A stretch of DNA of 62,817 bases, filler included, from Deltaproteobacteria bacterium (lineage in GTDB: Bacteria > JAUYMQ01): NCBI GenBank assembly GCA_030698575.1. It is 6 parts of 6 records of this genome, joined end to end, with 100 filler letters (N's around TTAATTAATTAA, not from the genome) between each part and the next. Parts side by side here need not be neighbours in the genome. Positions count along the whole stretch, not along the records: positions 1 to 5,811 come from JAUYMQ010000095.1; positions 5,912 to 8,624 come from JAUYMQ010000097.1; 4 more parts are not named here. One strand, 5' to 3'. The notes beneath the pieces are model-generated. The model saw nothing but the letters and a program-made list of their open reading frames with translations. It had not been told where the DNA came from and did no database searches. A program made the position numbers and the translations under genes. This document shows positions 1-8,171 of the stretch, piece after piece. Each line of letters opens with the position of its first letter. The stretch's first letter is position 1.

Positions 1-82
1 GCGCCCGGCCGGGGTGCGCGCGGCGGCGAAGTCGGTTTCCGTGAACGGGGGTTCCGGGTCGAGGCCGAAGACGCTGGGGGGC

Positions 83-111
83 GGCCCCACCGGGCGGCGC
101 CCGGTGGGGCC
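83..111. terminator. GC-rich palindrome at the 3' end of the structural operon
   Basis: GGCCCCACCGGGCG-G-CGCCCGGTGGGGCC, 14-bp arms, abutting the stop codon at 111; no U-tract. Confidence 0.4.
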
Positions 112-671
112 TACAAGAAAGTTGCAAGCTCACTCGGCGTCAGCCCGACCAGGAGCCGGATATAGCCATTGAGGTTGATGGCGCCGGCCGTGTTCATGAC
201 GAGCCGGAGCTTGAGGTAAAAGTCGTTGTCCGTGATCGGGTACTTCAGCGTGGCTTCGCTAGCCTGCCACGGGACCGGCTGCTCGCCCGAGAAGGGGATG
301 CCGCCGGCAGCCGCGGGCAGGAAGCCGTCGCTCCGGACCACGCTGGGGGCGGTCCAGATTCCCCTGCCCGAGGGAATGAGCGTGCTGGCGAGATTGATGC
401 CGCCCCCGCCGCTGTCGCTCGCGACGAACAGCTGGACGGCGGTGAGCGGATTTCCGCTCGCGTGCTGAATGCCCCAGTACAGCTTGTCGATGACGGCCTG
501 ACCACTGAAATGGGGCGAGACGACGACGTGGGAGGTATTGAGGCCGAAGGCCCGGATCATGAAGGGCCAGAGCACGACCTGCGGCGGGGGGACGGCCGCG
601 GCCTGGGCGAAGGCGGCCCCGCCGAGGCGCCCCGGTCGGAGCCTGGGGTAGGTGCCGGCGACGACGGGCAC
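111..671 (-). CDS. Beta-rich hypothetical protein, candidate virion structural protein
   Basis: 186 aa; alternating hydrophobic strands (FYLKLRLV, GYIRLLVG); last gene of the capsid operon. Confidence 0.55.
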   Translation of the reverse strand: MPVVAGTYPRLRPGRLGGAAFAQAAAVPPPQVVLWPFMIRAFGLNTSHVVVSPHFSGQAVIDKLYWGIQHASGNPLTAVQLFVASDSGGGGINLASTLIPSGRGIWTAPSVVRSDGFLPAAAGGIPFSGEQPVPWQASEATLKYPITDNDFYLKLRLVMNTAGAINLNGYIRLLVGLTPSELATFL

Positions 672-675
672 GGCG

Positions 676-891
676 CTACCGGAGCCGCGAGAAGCGCGGC
701 GCGGCGCCGATGCCGCTCGCGGCGCGGCTCACTTCGCTTTGCTCGCGGGCCTCGACCGCTTCGAGCTTTTCTCTGACCGCGCGCAGCGCGAGAAGCAGGC
801 CGGGGCCGGCCGGGTCGTCCAGCCCTTCGATCTGCTCTCGCATCAGCTTCAGCTGGGCGAGCAGGGCGCTCGCGGCGCCGGGCTTGGGCAC
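676..891 (-). CDS. Small helical hypothetical protein
   Basis: 71 aa; fills the gap between its two neighbours almost exactly (GTG 1 nt after the upstream stop). Confidence 0.55.
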   Translation of the reverse strand: MPKPGAASALLAQLKLMREQIEGLDDPAGPGLLLALRAVREKLEAVEAREQSEVSRAASGIGAAPRFSRLR

Positions 892-892
892 G

Positions 893-1354
893 TTACACTT
901 CGTGACCGAGGAAGTAGACGCGCACGGTGTCCGATGCCTGCTCGAGGAAGATCATCGGATACTTGCCGGCCGGCACCTCGAGGTAGTAGTCAACGTCATA
1001 GATCACGTTCGCCGTGGCGGCGAGGAGCAGATTGCCCGCCGGCGTGAGCGAGCCGTCAGACCCGACGGCATTAGCGGGGGCCACGGCCGAGCTGAAGGCA
1101 ACGTCGTCATCTCCGTACCCCGCGGTCCAGGGGGCGATGACCGCGCTCGCGGTGTAGAGGATCCTGGTGATGACCAGGGTTTTCCCGGCGGTGACTTGGT
1201 AGCCGGCTGCGGCGTTGATCTTCCGTAGCGTGGTGTACCGGACGACGCCCGCCGCCGCGGTGACTCCACCGCGAAGGGCCAGTGGTGTCTGACGTGTCGC
1301 TCGCTCGTGAAGCCCGAATTTCCAGACTTCCGGGAAGACGCGCGACAGGAGCAT
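893..1354 (-). CDS. Beta-rich protein, candidate minor capsid/spike (single jelly-roll-like)
   Basis: 153 aa from ATG 1354 (TGATG overlap); YQVTAGKTLVITRI and EVPAGKYP strand-turn motifs. Confidence 0.6.
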   Translation of the reverse strand: MLLSRVFPEVWKFGLHERATRQTPLALRGGVTAAAGVVRYTTLRKINAAAGYQVTAGKTLVITRILYTASAVIAPWTAGYGDDDVAFSSAVAPANAVGSDGSLTPAGNLLLAATANVIYDVDYYLEVPAGKYPMIFLEQASDTVRVYFLGHEV

Positions 1355-1698
1355 CAGTAGCGCCCGATCACTTGCACGCTCGCCACCAGGCCGGCGACGA
1401 GGTTGTTGCCGAAGACGTACCGGGCATTGACATCCGGCGCCCACGTCTGACCGGCCCGGACGGTGATGGGGTCGGCGGCGACGTTGAGTTCCTTCCGGAG
1501 GTCGATCTGGGCGTCGTTGTTCTCGACGGAGATCTCCAGCCGGTTCGGCCGGCCGGTGAAGGCGAGCACGAGGGCGGCCGTCGTACCGAGCGCCACATAC
1601 CCGGCCGTCGCCTCGATCCCGCTGAAGCGGTCCGTGAGCACCCGCGGTTCACACCGCGGGCGCTCACGCTGCTGCGGATAGCCCCAGTGCTGGGGCAT
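1354..1698 (-). CDS. Small beta-rich protein, candidate penton/minor capsid protein
   Basis: 114 aa; starts 1 nt after the capsid gene stop; beta-strand pattern. Confidence 0.6.
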   Translation of the reverse strand: MPQHWGYPQQRERPRCEPRVLTDRFSGIEATAGYVALGTTAALVLAFTGRPNRLEISVENNDAQIDLRKELNVAADPITVRAGQTWAPDVNARYVFGNNLVAGLVASVQVIGRY

Positions 1699-1699
1699 G

Positions 1700-2683
1700 T
1701 TATCCCCTCGCGGTGACCCGCTCCAGCGGGTAGTACCGCACGTCCGTTGCCTCATCGCCCTGGCCGCGGATCTTCAGGTCGGCGGCCCCGGCGGTTTCCA
1801 TTTCATAGCTGCCGTCCCGCAGCGGGTCGAAGTCGAGGTAGGCGTACCCGCGGCTGCCCGTCGAGAGCGGCTGCACCACGTCGTCAGACGCCAGCTCGGC
1901 GCCGGCACCCTCGGAGGCCAGGTGCGTATGCCCGGCGTGCAGCGCGAACGCATTGCCCATCTGGTTGAGGAGCATCCCCGCCAGCGTCTCGAAGTCGCTG
2001 AGCGGGTAGTACTGCTCCACGTTGTCCTTGAGCAGCTTGACGGTGCCCCAGGAGAGCACCTCGTCGGAACTGGCGGCCAGGCCGGTGTCGAAGAGCAGGA
2101 TGCCGAGCAGCGGGTTGCCGATCGGCAGCGGGGCGTCGAACTGCCCGGCCACGCTCACGCGGGCCTGGCGCACATACTTCAAGTACTCGGTGGGCGTGGA
2201 GTCGATCAGCTCCACCGCCTCGAGGCTGAAGTTGATGTCATCGTACGCGGCCCCGTCCGCGCCCGCGTCCATCTCGAAGCGCAGATTTCCGCGCGAGGTC
2301 GCGGGGAAACACGAGTCCGGGTCATACATCCGCTTCCCGAGGCAGAGCGGGAACACGAGCGAGCGCACCCCGTCGTTGAGGTCGGTGATGTGGGACCACC
2401 CGGGGAAGGCGCGCTGATACACGGCGTTGAGCACCATGAGGTCGCGCAAGCTCCCGGAGATGATCTGCTCGCCCTTGTGGAGCACGCGCACCCCGGTGAT
2501 CTGGGTGATCGCGTCGTCGATGGCGCTGTAGGTGGCGATGGCGGCCGGGTCCACGCTCGTCAGCTGAAGCCGCAACAGCAGGACGCTGAGCGGGTTGACG
2601 GGCAGGTCGAACGGCGTGATGGAGGCCGACGCCACCAGGTCGGTGTTCGGCTGGACGATGGAGTGAAGGAACCGCTTGCCCAT
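1700..2683 (-). CDS. Double jelly-roll major capsid protein (PM2 P2/STIV-like)
   Basis: 327 aa; FDLPVNPLSVLLLRL, QITGVRVLHKGEQIISGSLRDLMVLN, PLPIGNPLLGILL and YAYLDFD...DLKIRG parallel, by eye and from memory, PM2 P2 motifs (IKLPIGQTYEVIDLRY, QIKNVRVELDG...LNDLILEN, YTIDF...DLRLKI); two internally similar halves. Confidence 0.75.
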   Translation of the reverse strand: MGKRFLHSIVQPNTDLVASASITPFDLPVNPLSVLLLRLQLTSVDPAAIATYSAIDDAITQITGVRVLHKGEQIISGSLRDLMVLNAVYQRAFPGWSHITDLNDGVRSLVFPLCLGKRMYDPDSCFPATSRGNLRFEMDAGADGAAYDDINFSLEAVELIDSTPTEYLKYVRQARVSVAGQFDAPLPIGNPLLGILLFDTGLAASSDEVLSWGTVKLLKDNVEQYYPLSDFETLAGMLLNQMGNAFALHAGHTHLASEGAGAELASDDVVQPLSTGSRGYAYLDFDPLRDGSYEMETAGAADLKIRGQGDEATDVRYYPLERVTARG

Positions 2684-2707
2684 GGTGGTCTCGTCTCCCT
2701 CGCGCGC

Positions 2708-3133
2708 TTAGCGCATCTTCAGCGCGTGCAGCGCCTGGGTGATGGGCGTGATCCGGCCGATGTTCGACGGATCGCCAGCAGGCCGCCGGGCCGGCAGGTC
2801 AGTCCGGCCGATCAGCTCCAGGTACGGGCCGATGCCGGCCTGGAACTCCGGTCCCGCCACCGCGGCGCCCTGCGCGTAGCGTGCGGGGCCTTTCTCGACC
2901 GTGTTCTTCTTCCACTTCGCGGTGCCCGCCTTGGTGACGCCCTTCTCGAAGCGGCCCGCGGCGGCGGCCGCCGTGACGGCCTGGCGGTAGCTGGGGCCGG
3001 CAGCCACCGCGGCGCCCGACCAGTCCTTGCTGGTCGTCTCGACGCCCTTCTGGTAGTCGGGCGAGGCAGCGGCCGTGCGCCGCGTCCATCGCTCGGCGGT
3101 GTCTCCGAGTGACTTGACCTTCGGGGTTGGCAT
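2708..3133 (-). CDS. Basic Ala/Lys-rich alpha-helical protein, candidate DNA-condensing/nucleocapsid protein
   Basis: 141 aa from ATG 3133 with GAGGAG RBS; immediately upstream of the capsid gene; no Walker A motif. Confidence 0.7.
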   Translation of the reverse strand: MPTPKVKSLGDTAERWTRRTAAASPDYQKGVETTSKDWSGAAVAAGPSYRQAVTAAAAAGRFEKGVTKAGTAKWKKNTVEKGPARYAQGAAVAGPEFQAGIGPYLELIGRTDLPARRPAGDPSNIGRITPITQALHALKMR

Positions 3134-3323
3134 GCTCTGACCCTCCTCGTCACAGGTTTGGCGGGCGGCCGCTCGATTCCGACTGACGGAAGTGTCGGCC
3201 AGGCTGACACTTCCTGTCAAGCCTTGGTTCGCGTGACTCAGCAGGTGGTTGATTTCATTGGACTCTTCGCTGGCACGGCTCCTGCATTTTCAATGGGGCA
3301 AGGGACCAAGGAGGCCCGAGGAG

Positions 3324-3503
3324 ATGGCGAGTTGGGGACGCGGTGGGATGGTCGGGGTGAGGAAGGCGATCTACACGCACGAGCGCACGCTGCGCCTCGC
3401 GTCGGTGATCCTGGCCGACGAGCACGGGGACAAGCACGCGCCCGGGACGCGGCGGGATCTCTGCCCGAAGTGCGCGGGGGCGCGGCGGGAGGAGGCGCGA
3501 TGA
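3324..3503 (+). CDS. Small protein with CPKC motif
   Basis: GAGGAG RBS, ATG 3324, ATGA overlap with the next gene. Confidence 0.5.
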   Translation: MASWGRGGMVGVRKAIYTHERTLRLASVILADEHGDKHAPGTRRDLCPKCAGARREEAR

Positions 3504-3799
3504 GATGCGGGGGTGTTGTGAGGGTCGGTGAGATTAGCTTCGAGCGTGCGCTACAGGAGGCGTCGAGCGTGAACACGATCAAGCGCCCGCGGACGCGCCC
3601 GCGGGTGAAGTCGGTCAACTTCCGGTCCTTCTGGTGGCTGGTTCGCCGGCAGGCCGCGCTACAGATCATCGCCGGCCCGCTGTCGCACCTGGTCTCGGAT
3701 GCCTTCGTCCGGTGGGTACTTCATCATCGCCCGGATGCGCTGCGCGATCGTGTCGCGCGGACGCTCCGGCAGAAACCAGAACGGAGAATCTACCCATGA
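3500..3799 (+). CDS. Small basic hypothetical protein
   Basis: ATGA overlaps at both ends. Confidence 0.5.
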   Translation: MRCGGVVRVGEISFERALQEASSVNTIKRPRTRPRVKSVNFRSFWWLVRRQAALQIIAGPLSHLVSDAFVRWVLHHRPDALRDRVARTLRQKPERRIYP

Positions 3800-4092
3800 G
3801 CATGACAGCATCCCTTCAAGCGAACCTCCCCGGATTCCTTCGCTCGGCGGCGCTGCCTGACATCGCCCTGGTGCTCGAAGCGGCGGCCGTCGAGCTGCGC
3901 GCGCGGGCGATGCCGGGGACGGTGGAGCTCGCGCATGCCGCTCACGTCCTGCGCCTCTACGTCTCCGCGTTCATCTCGGCCGGCGTCCCGATCTTCTCGG
4001 GTGACTGCGCGCCGGCGACGTGCATCTGTCTCGCTGGTCCCCTTGGTGCGCGCGTCCGTGGGTGGCATCGCCTCGACTGCCCGGCAAAGTAA
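3796..4092 (+). CDS. Small hypothetical protein with C-terminal Cys/His cluster
   Basis: ATGA overlap; CIC...HRLDC. Confidence 0.5.
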   Translation: MSMTASLQANLPGFLRSAALPDIALVLEAAAVELRARAMPGTVELAHAAHVLRLYVSAFISAGVPIFSGDCAPATCICLAGPLGARVRGWHRLDCPAK

Positions 4093-4519
4093 CCCACCGT
4101 CTCGACCGGGCGCCCGCGGCCCGGTCCTTCGCTGCCCGGTCTTCCGGGCGCGCGTTTCTTCGGGCTCGCGCGCTTCGCCGTCTACAAACGCGCGCCCTGG
4201 CCCGATGGAGACCCTTCTCCTCCGTCCCTCCCCTGGTCTGGTGTTTCCTCAGGGGGAGGCCGGCGGCGCCGGGGGGCGAAGCCCCCCAGGCCGCCCCAAG
4301 TCGTACCAAGCGGGCAGGGGGCGTGCCGGGCCGTTCTTGCCCGGCGCGGCCCCTGCCTTTGACGCGGTAAGATGCCCCAAACGGGGCACCCTCTACTGTT
4401 TCTTCTGTTGTAGTTCAACTGCTCTTGGGGGTATGGGGGGGCACGGATCGTGCTTGATCCCTCGTTTGGCGGGGAGGGCAAGCCGCGTGCCAACTACCCC
4501 ATTTTGACGCGACGCGCAG

Positions 4520-4550
4520 TTATCCCCAAGTTATCCACCGGATATCCACC
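4520..4550 (+). promoter_or_regulatory. Three DnaA-box-like 9-mers at 11-bp period (possible origin or ParB site)
   Basis: TTATCCCCA (4520), TTATCCACC (4531), ATATCCACC (4542) versus the consensus TTATCCACA, in a ~500-bp non-coding gap. Confidence 0.5.
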
Positions 4551-4592
4551 GAGCTTTGGGTGGGATTGTACCGATCGGTCTACCGCAGCGCG

Positions 4593-5408
4593 TTAGCCCT
4601 CGTGGGGCGAGCCGGCCGAGGCCGTCGCGCTGTGCTTCGCCACGATCAGTTGGTGGTGGCAGTCGAGGCACAGCCGAAGCCCGCGGGTATGCTCGAAGGC
4701 CGTCAGCTCGTCGCACCACTCGCAGGGGTAGGTGATGACGAAGCTCGCCCGCGCGGCCGCAAGCTCGGTGATGGTTCGCTCGTTGCTGATGATCCGCGTC
4801 CGGTCGGACAGGTAGTGCGCGCGCCATTCGTTCACGACGGCCGCGGTGGCGCCGCCCCGTTCCGCTTCGCGGATCAGGTCGCGCCGGTACGGCTCGTGGT
4901 CAATGTCGCTGAGGATCGCCACCACGGCCAGCGGCAGCCGTTTCTCCTCGACCGCGGCTTGCAGGTCGGCGGGCAGGGCGAGGAGCTCGAGCCGTTGCGA
5001 CACCCACGATGGGGTGCGCCGGAACAGCCGCGAGAGCGCCGCGAGCGAGTCGCCGCGGTCGCGGAAGCGCGCGAGCGCGGCCGCCTCTTCCATCGGGTTG
5101 AGGTCGGTGCGCTGCAAGTTTTCGCTGACGGCTGCAAGGAGCGGGTCGAAGTCTTGCGGGAACACGCGCGCGTGAATGCTCGGCCACTGGAGCAGCCGCG
5201 CCGCGAGCAGCCGGCGGTGGCCCCAGACGATTTCATACGCCCCGGATGGATCGGGGCCGCGTACGCCGACGGGCTGATGCAGCCCCTCGGCGGACATACT
5301 GTCCGCCAGCTCCCCGAGCGCGCCTTGATCCATCGTCGCGCGCAATCGGTGGCTCGGTTCCAGAATCAACGCGAGCGGCAAACTGGAGTAAACCGTTTCG
5401 GTCTGCAT
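4593..5408 (-). CDS. ParB/Spo0J-family protein with C-terminal zinc finger
   Basis: GLHQPVGV, WGHRRLLAA, SENLQRTDLNPMEEA, HTH, then CEWC...CLDC; GGAGG RBS. Confidence 0.9.
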   Translation of the reverse strand: MQTETVYSSLPLALILEPSHRLRATMDQGALGELADSMSAEGLHQPVGVRGPDPSGAYEIVWGHRRLLAARLLQWPSIHARVFPQDFDPLLAAVSENLQRTDLNPMEEAAALARFRDRGDSLAALSRLFRRTPSWVSQRLELLALPADLQAAVEEKRLPLAVVAILSDIDHEPYRRDLIREAERGGATAAVVNEWRAHYLSDRTRIISNERTITELAAARASFVITYPCEWCDELTAFEHTRGLRLCLDCHHQLIVAKHSATASAGSPHEG

Positions 5409-5580
5409 TGGGCACCTCCGGGAAGCTGACGAGGAACGCACGGCCGGGCGCCCGCGTGATGATGCAGTATTCCCGCGGCCCGGTCTGAAGCTCGCGGACC
5501 AGATCCGCGGGGATGCAGAACGCAGTCGCGCGCCCGATCTTCCAGAGCCGGTGCAGCGAGGTCGGAAGGTTCAGAGCCAT
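5233..5580 (-). CDS. AbrB/MazE-like DNA-binding protein
   Basis: N-terminal RLWKIGRATAFCIPADLVRELQ pattern; the 3' part overlaps parB. Confidence 0.5.
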   Translation of the reverse strand: MALNLPTSLHRLWKIGRATAFCIPADLVRELQTGPREYCIITRAPGRAFLVSFPEVPNADRNGLLQFAARVDSGTEPPIARDDGSRRARGAGGQYVRRGAASARRRTRPRSIRGV

Positions 5581-5637
5581 GTCTTAAGCAATGTAGCACA
5601 GGGGTTCAACAACTCGGCCCCCCCCCCGCCCGCTCAT

Positions 5638-5790
5638 CCGGTCGAGCGCATGATGCACGCGCTCGACCGGAGGGGAGCGGAGGATATCCACCGCCCCAAC
5701 CCCCCACGCGGTTTTTCTTCCACGGGAAGAAAAACAGCGGGGCGCCTGGGGCTCACGTGCCTCAACAACGTGAGCCCCAGGCGTCCCCTT
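5638..5790. repeat. Three consecutive perfect hairpins
   Basis: 12-bp stem 5638-5649/5659-5670, 11-bp stem 5711-5735, 16-bp stem 5743-5758/5768-5783. Confidence 0.8.
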
Positions 5791-5811
5791 TTCTTACAGA
5801 GTAAGAAAAGG

Positions 5812-5911
5812 NNNNNNNNNNNNNNNNNNNNNNNNNNNNNNNNNNNNNNNNNNNNTTAATTAATTAANNNNNNNNNNNNNNNNNNNNNNNNNNNNNNNNN
5901 NNNNNNNNNNN
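5812..5911. other. Artificial contig linker (also 8625-8724, 13166-13265, 17894-17993, 48720-48819)
   Basis: N44-TTAATTAATTAA-N44; stops in all six frames. Confidence 0.99.
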
Positions 5912-5912
5912 C

Positions 5913-7082
5913 GTTCTCGAGGGGAAGATCGGTGCTCAGGCGAGCGAGGTCGTGCAGGTCCTGGTCGAGAAGAAGCTCAAGCCGAAGCAGTCGCACGACT
6001 TCCAGCTCTATGACCGGATCATGAAATGGACCGATGGCCTGGGCCGCCTCAAGATCCGGGCCAATGCGGACCTTCCCGACCAGGCGGCGCAGGCCCTCGC
6101 CTTCGGCGCCCAGGGGATCGGGCTGTGCCGCACCGAGCACATGTTCTTCGAAAAATCGCGCATCGGAATCGTGCGGCAGATGATCCTCGCCGGGGACGCC
6201 GAGGGGCGGCGGCGCGCCATCGAGAAGCTTCTGCCCATGCAGCGCGAGGATTTCACCGGCATCTTCCGGGTGATGGGCGGGCGCCCCGTGACGATCCGGC
6301 TGCTCGACCCCCCGCTGCACGAGTTTCTACCCTCGAAGAACGAAGATATCGACGAGGTGGCCCACGGCCTGGGCGTCCCGCCGGCCCAGGTGAGAGAGCG
6401 CAACGAGGCCTTGCGCGAGACCAATCCGATGCTGGGGCACCGCGGTTGCCGTGTGGGGATCACCTACCCGGAGATCTACGAGATGCAGGCCCGGGCCATT
6501 CTCGAATCCGCGAGCGAACTGCGCCGGCAGCGCCTCTCCGTCTCGCCGGAAATCAAGATTCCTCTCGTGGGGCACGTGCAGGAACTCCGTACGGTGAAGG
6601 CGATGATCGACCGCGTGGCGGCCGAGGTGCGGAAGGAGACCGGAATCCGGCTCGCTTATCTCGTCGGCACGATGATCGAGCTGCCCCGCGCGGCTGTAAC
6701 CGCGGGCGAGATTGCGGAAGAGGCCGAGTTCTTCTCATTCGGAACCAATGATCTCACTCAGACTGTCTTCGGTTTCTCCCGTGATGACGCGGTTGGCTTT
6801 CTGCCCTACTACGTCGATCACAAGATCCTCCCCGAGAACCCTTTCGTCACCCTCGACCTGCCCGGGGTCGGAGCCCTCATCGAGCTCGCGGTGGAGCGGG
6901 GGCGCGCCACCCGGCGCGGGATCAAGCTGGGGATCTGCGGCGAACACGGAGGCGAGCCGAAATCGGTGGCATTTTGTGACCGCATCGGTCTCGACTATGT
7001 GAGTTGTTCTCCCTTCCGGGTGCCCATTGCACGCCTTGCCGCCGCGCATGCGGCGCTCGATCGCAAGAGGGGTCGCGCATGA
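5913..7082 (+). CDS. ppdK: Pyruvate phosphate dikinase, C-terminal part (5' truncated by contig end)
   Basis: GIGLCRTEHMFF, RLLDPPLHEFLP, NPMLGHRGCR, SFGTNDLTQ, GICGEHGG. Confidence 0.96.
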   Translation, partial: VLEGKIGAQASEVVQVLVEKKLKPKQSHDFQLYDRIMKWTDGLGRLKIRANADLPDQAAQALAFGAQGIGLCRTEHMFFEKSRIGIVRQMILAGDAEGRRRAIEKLLPMQREDFTGIFRVMGGRPVTIRLLDPPLHEFLPSKNEDIDEVAHGLGVPPAQVRERNEALRETNPMLGHRGCRVGITYPEIYEMQARAILESASELRRQRLSVSPEIKIPLVGHVQELRTVKAMIDRVAAEVRKETGIRLAYLVGTMIELPRAAVTAGEIAEEAEFFSFGTNDLTQTVFGFSRDDAVGFLPYYVDHKILPENPFVTLDLPGVGALIELAVERGRATRRGIKLGICGEHGGEPKSVAFCDRIGLDYVSCSPFRVPIARLAAAHAALDRKRGRA

Positions 7083-7633
7083 GCCTGTACCGCCGCCCAC
7101 ATCCCATCGCCTTGATCGCGCTTTTTGCCCTCCTGATCCTCGCGGCGGCGCCCGCGGCCCGGGCCCAGGACACGGTTCCGGCCGGGGAGCCTCGGGGACC
7201 CGGGGAATCCTGGATCGACCCCCCCGCCACGGAAGAGCCGCCGGCTGCACCCGACACCGGAACCGCCGGGATCGACGCACGGCTGCAGGCCAGGGCGGAT
7301 GCGCTCTATGGTTTCCTTCAAGGCAAGCGGGTGAACCTCTACGCCCTCTACACGAATGAGAGCTTTCGCGATTTCTTCACGACCGAGGAAGCGCTCGAGA
7401 ACTACGTCGCCTTCCTGACGAACACTCTCGCCAGGCGGCGTTTCAAGAAGTACCGCATCGAGCGGACGGAGTTCGTCGTCATTACCCCCGAGGGCGCGGA
7501 CGCCGCGCGCGCCCAGGTCCGCCTCGTCGGCCGCCACGTGCACGTGGTCTTCTTCTGGGACGTCACCGAAACAATCGAGAACAGTTGGAAGCGCATCGAC
7601 GGCGAGTGGTTCGTCTTCCCGCCCCCCTTCTGA
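7079..7633 (+). CDS. Secreted hypothetical protein
   Basis: Signal peptide ending ARA-Q; ATGA overlap with ppdK. Confidence 0.75.
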   Translation: MSLYRRPHPIALIALFALLILAAAPAARAQDTVPAGEPRGPGESWIDPPATEEPPAAPDTGTAGIDARLQARADALYGFLQGKRVNLYALYTNESFRDFFTTEEALENYVAFLTNTLARRRFKKYRIERTEFVVITPEGADAARAQVRLVGRHVHVVFFWDVTETIENSWKRIDGEWFVFPPPF

Positions 7634-7825
7634 AACGCCGGCGGAGCACAAGCGAACGCCGACACGCCAGCGTGACGTGGCGTCCATCTACCCAGAATGG
7701 GCAAATTTTCTCTCACTTCAGGAAAAACTTTTCCCTGCGCCCCGAAACATCGCAATAACTGCCCGTCCGGTTAAGATTTTCTCTAGGACTGCCGTCAACT
7801 TGGCGGAGGCGGGGTTAAAACCCCC

Positions 7826-7842
7826 TTGGCATGGATTTTGCT
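7826..7842 (+). promoter_or_regulatory. Sigma54 (-24/-12) promoter
   Basis: TTGGCATGGATTTTGCT with exact GG-N10-GC spacing. Confidence 0.75.
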
Positions 7843-7924
7843 TTCAGCATGGGTGGAAACCCCGGGCGGCGCCCCTGTTGACGCGCCGGGGTTACGTCGG
7901 GGCTGGCCCTGGTGGCCGCCCCGC

Positions 7925-8157
7925 CCCCTACTGAAACAGCCTGCTGACGTATGGAAGGAAGCTGACTCCCCTCGGCTTCCTGCGTGACGTGCGGAGTTTC
8001 GCAGATAGCCGCGCGCGCGAATGAAGGTTAGGCCACGAACAGGTCCCGGCTGGGCCATGCCGGGCTGTACGATCCGCCGTCTCTGCATCGTGGCAGCCGA
8101 ACTCCGGACTAATGCGGGCACTCCTCTGTTTCGTAGGGGATTGCCTGCGTTTTTTTT
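7925..8157 (+). ncRNA. Structured cis-regulatory leader (attenuator/riboswitch candidate)
   Basis: Nested helices plus mutually exclusive terminator and antiterminator pairings; family not recognised. Confidence 0.55.
8111..8157 (+). terminator. Intrinsic terminator upstream of the ECF sigma gene
   Basis: GCGGGCA...TGCCTGC hairpin 8114-8148 followed by T8. Confidence 0.7.
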
Positions 8158-8171
8158 GCACTGGAGGGGCT

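Larger units (their letters stand above)
1..5811. mobile_element. Partial genome of a small double-jelly-roll (Varidnaviria-like) virus or provirus
   Basis: DJR capsid-like gene within a tightly coupled minus-strand operon, small divergent ORFs with ATGA overlaps, ParB and AbrB-like genes, and no cellular housekeeping genes. Confidence 0.75.

Noticed and set aside
5812-5911. TTAATTAATTAA palindromes flanked by N runs (five occurrences)
   Set aside because: Artificial contig-joining linkers; ORFs ending in X..LIN and any synteny across them are artefacts
7951-7965. GGAAGGAAGC resembling the SRP RNA loop, and TGGGTGGAAACC near 7850 resembling a T-box
   Set aside because: The SRP CAGG-containing helix is absent and the T-box-like word is at the wrong end of the leader
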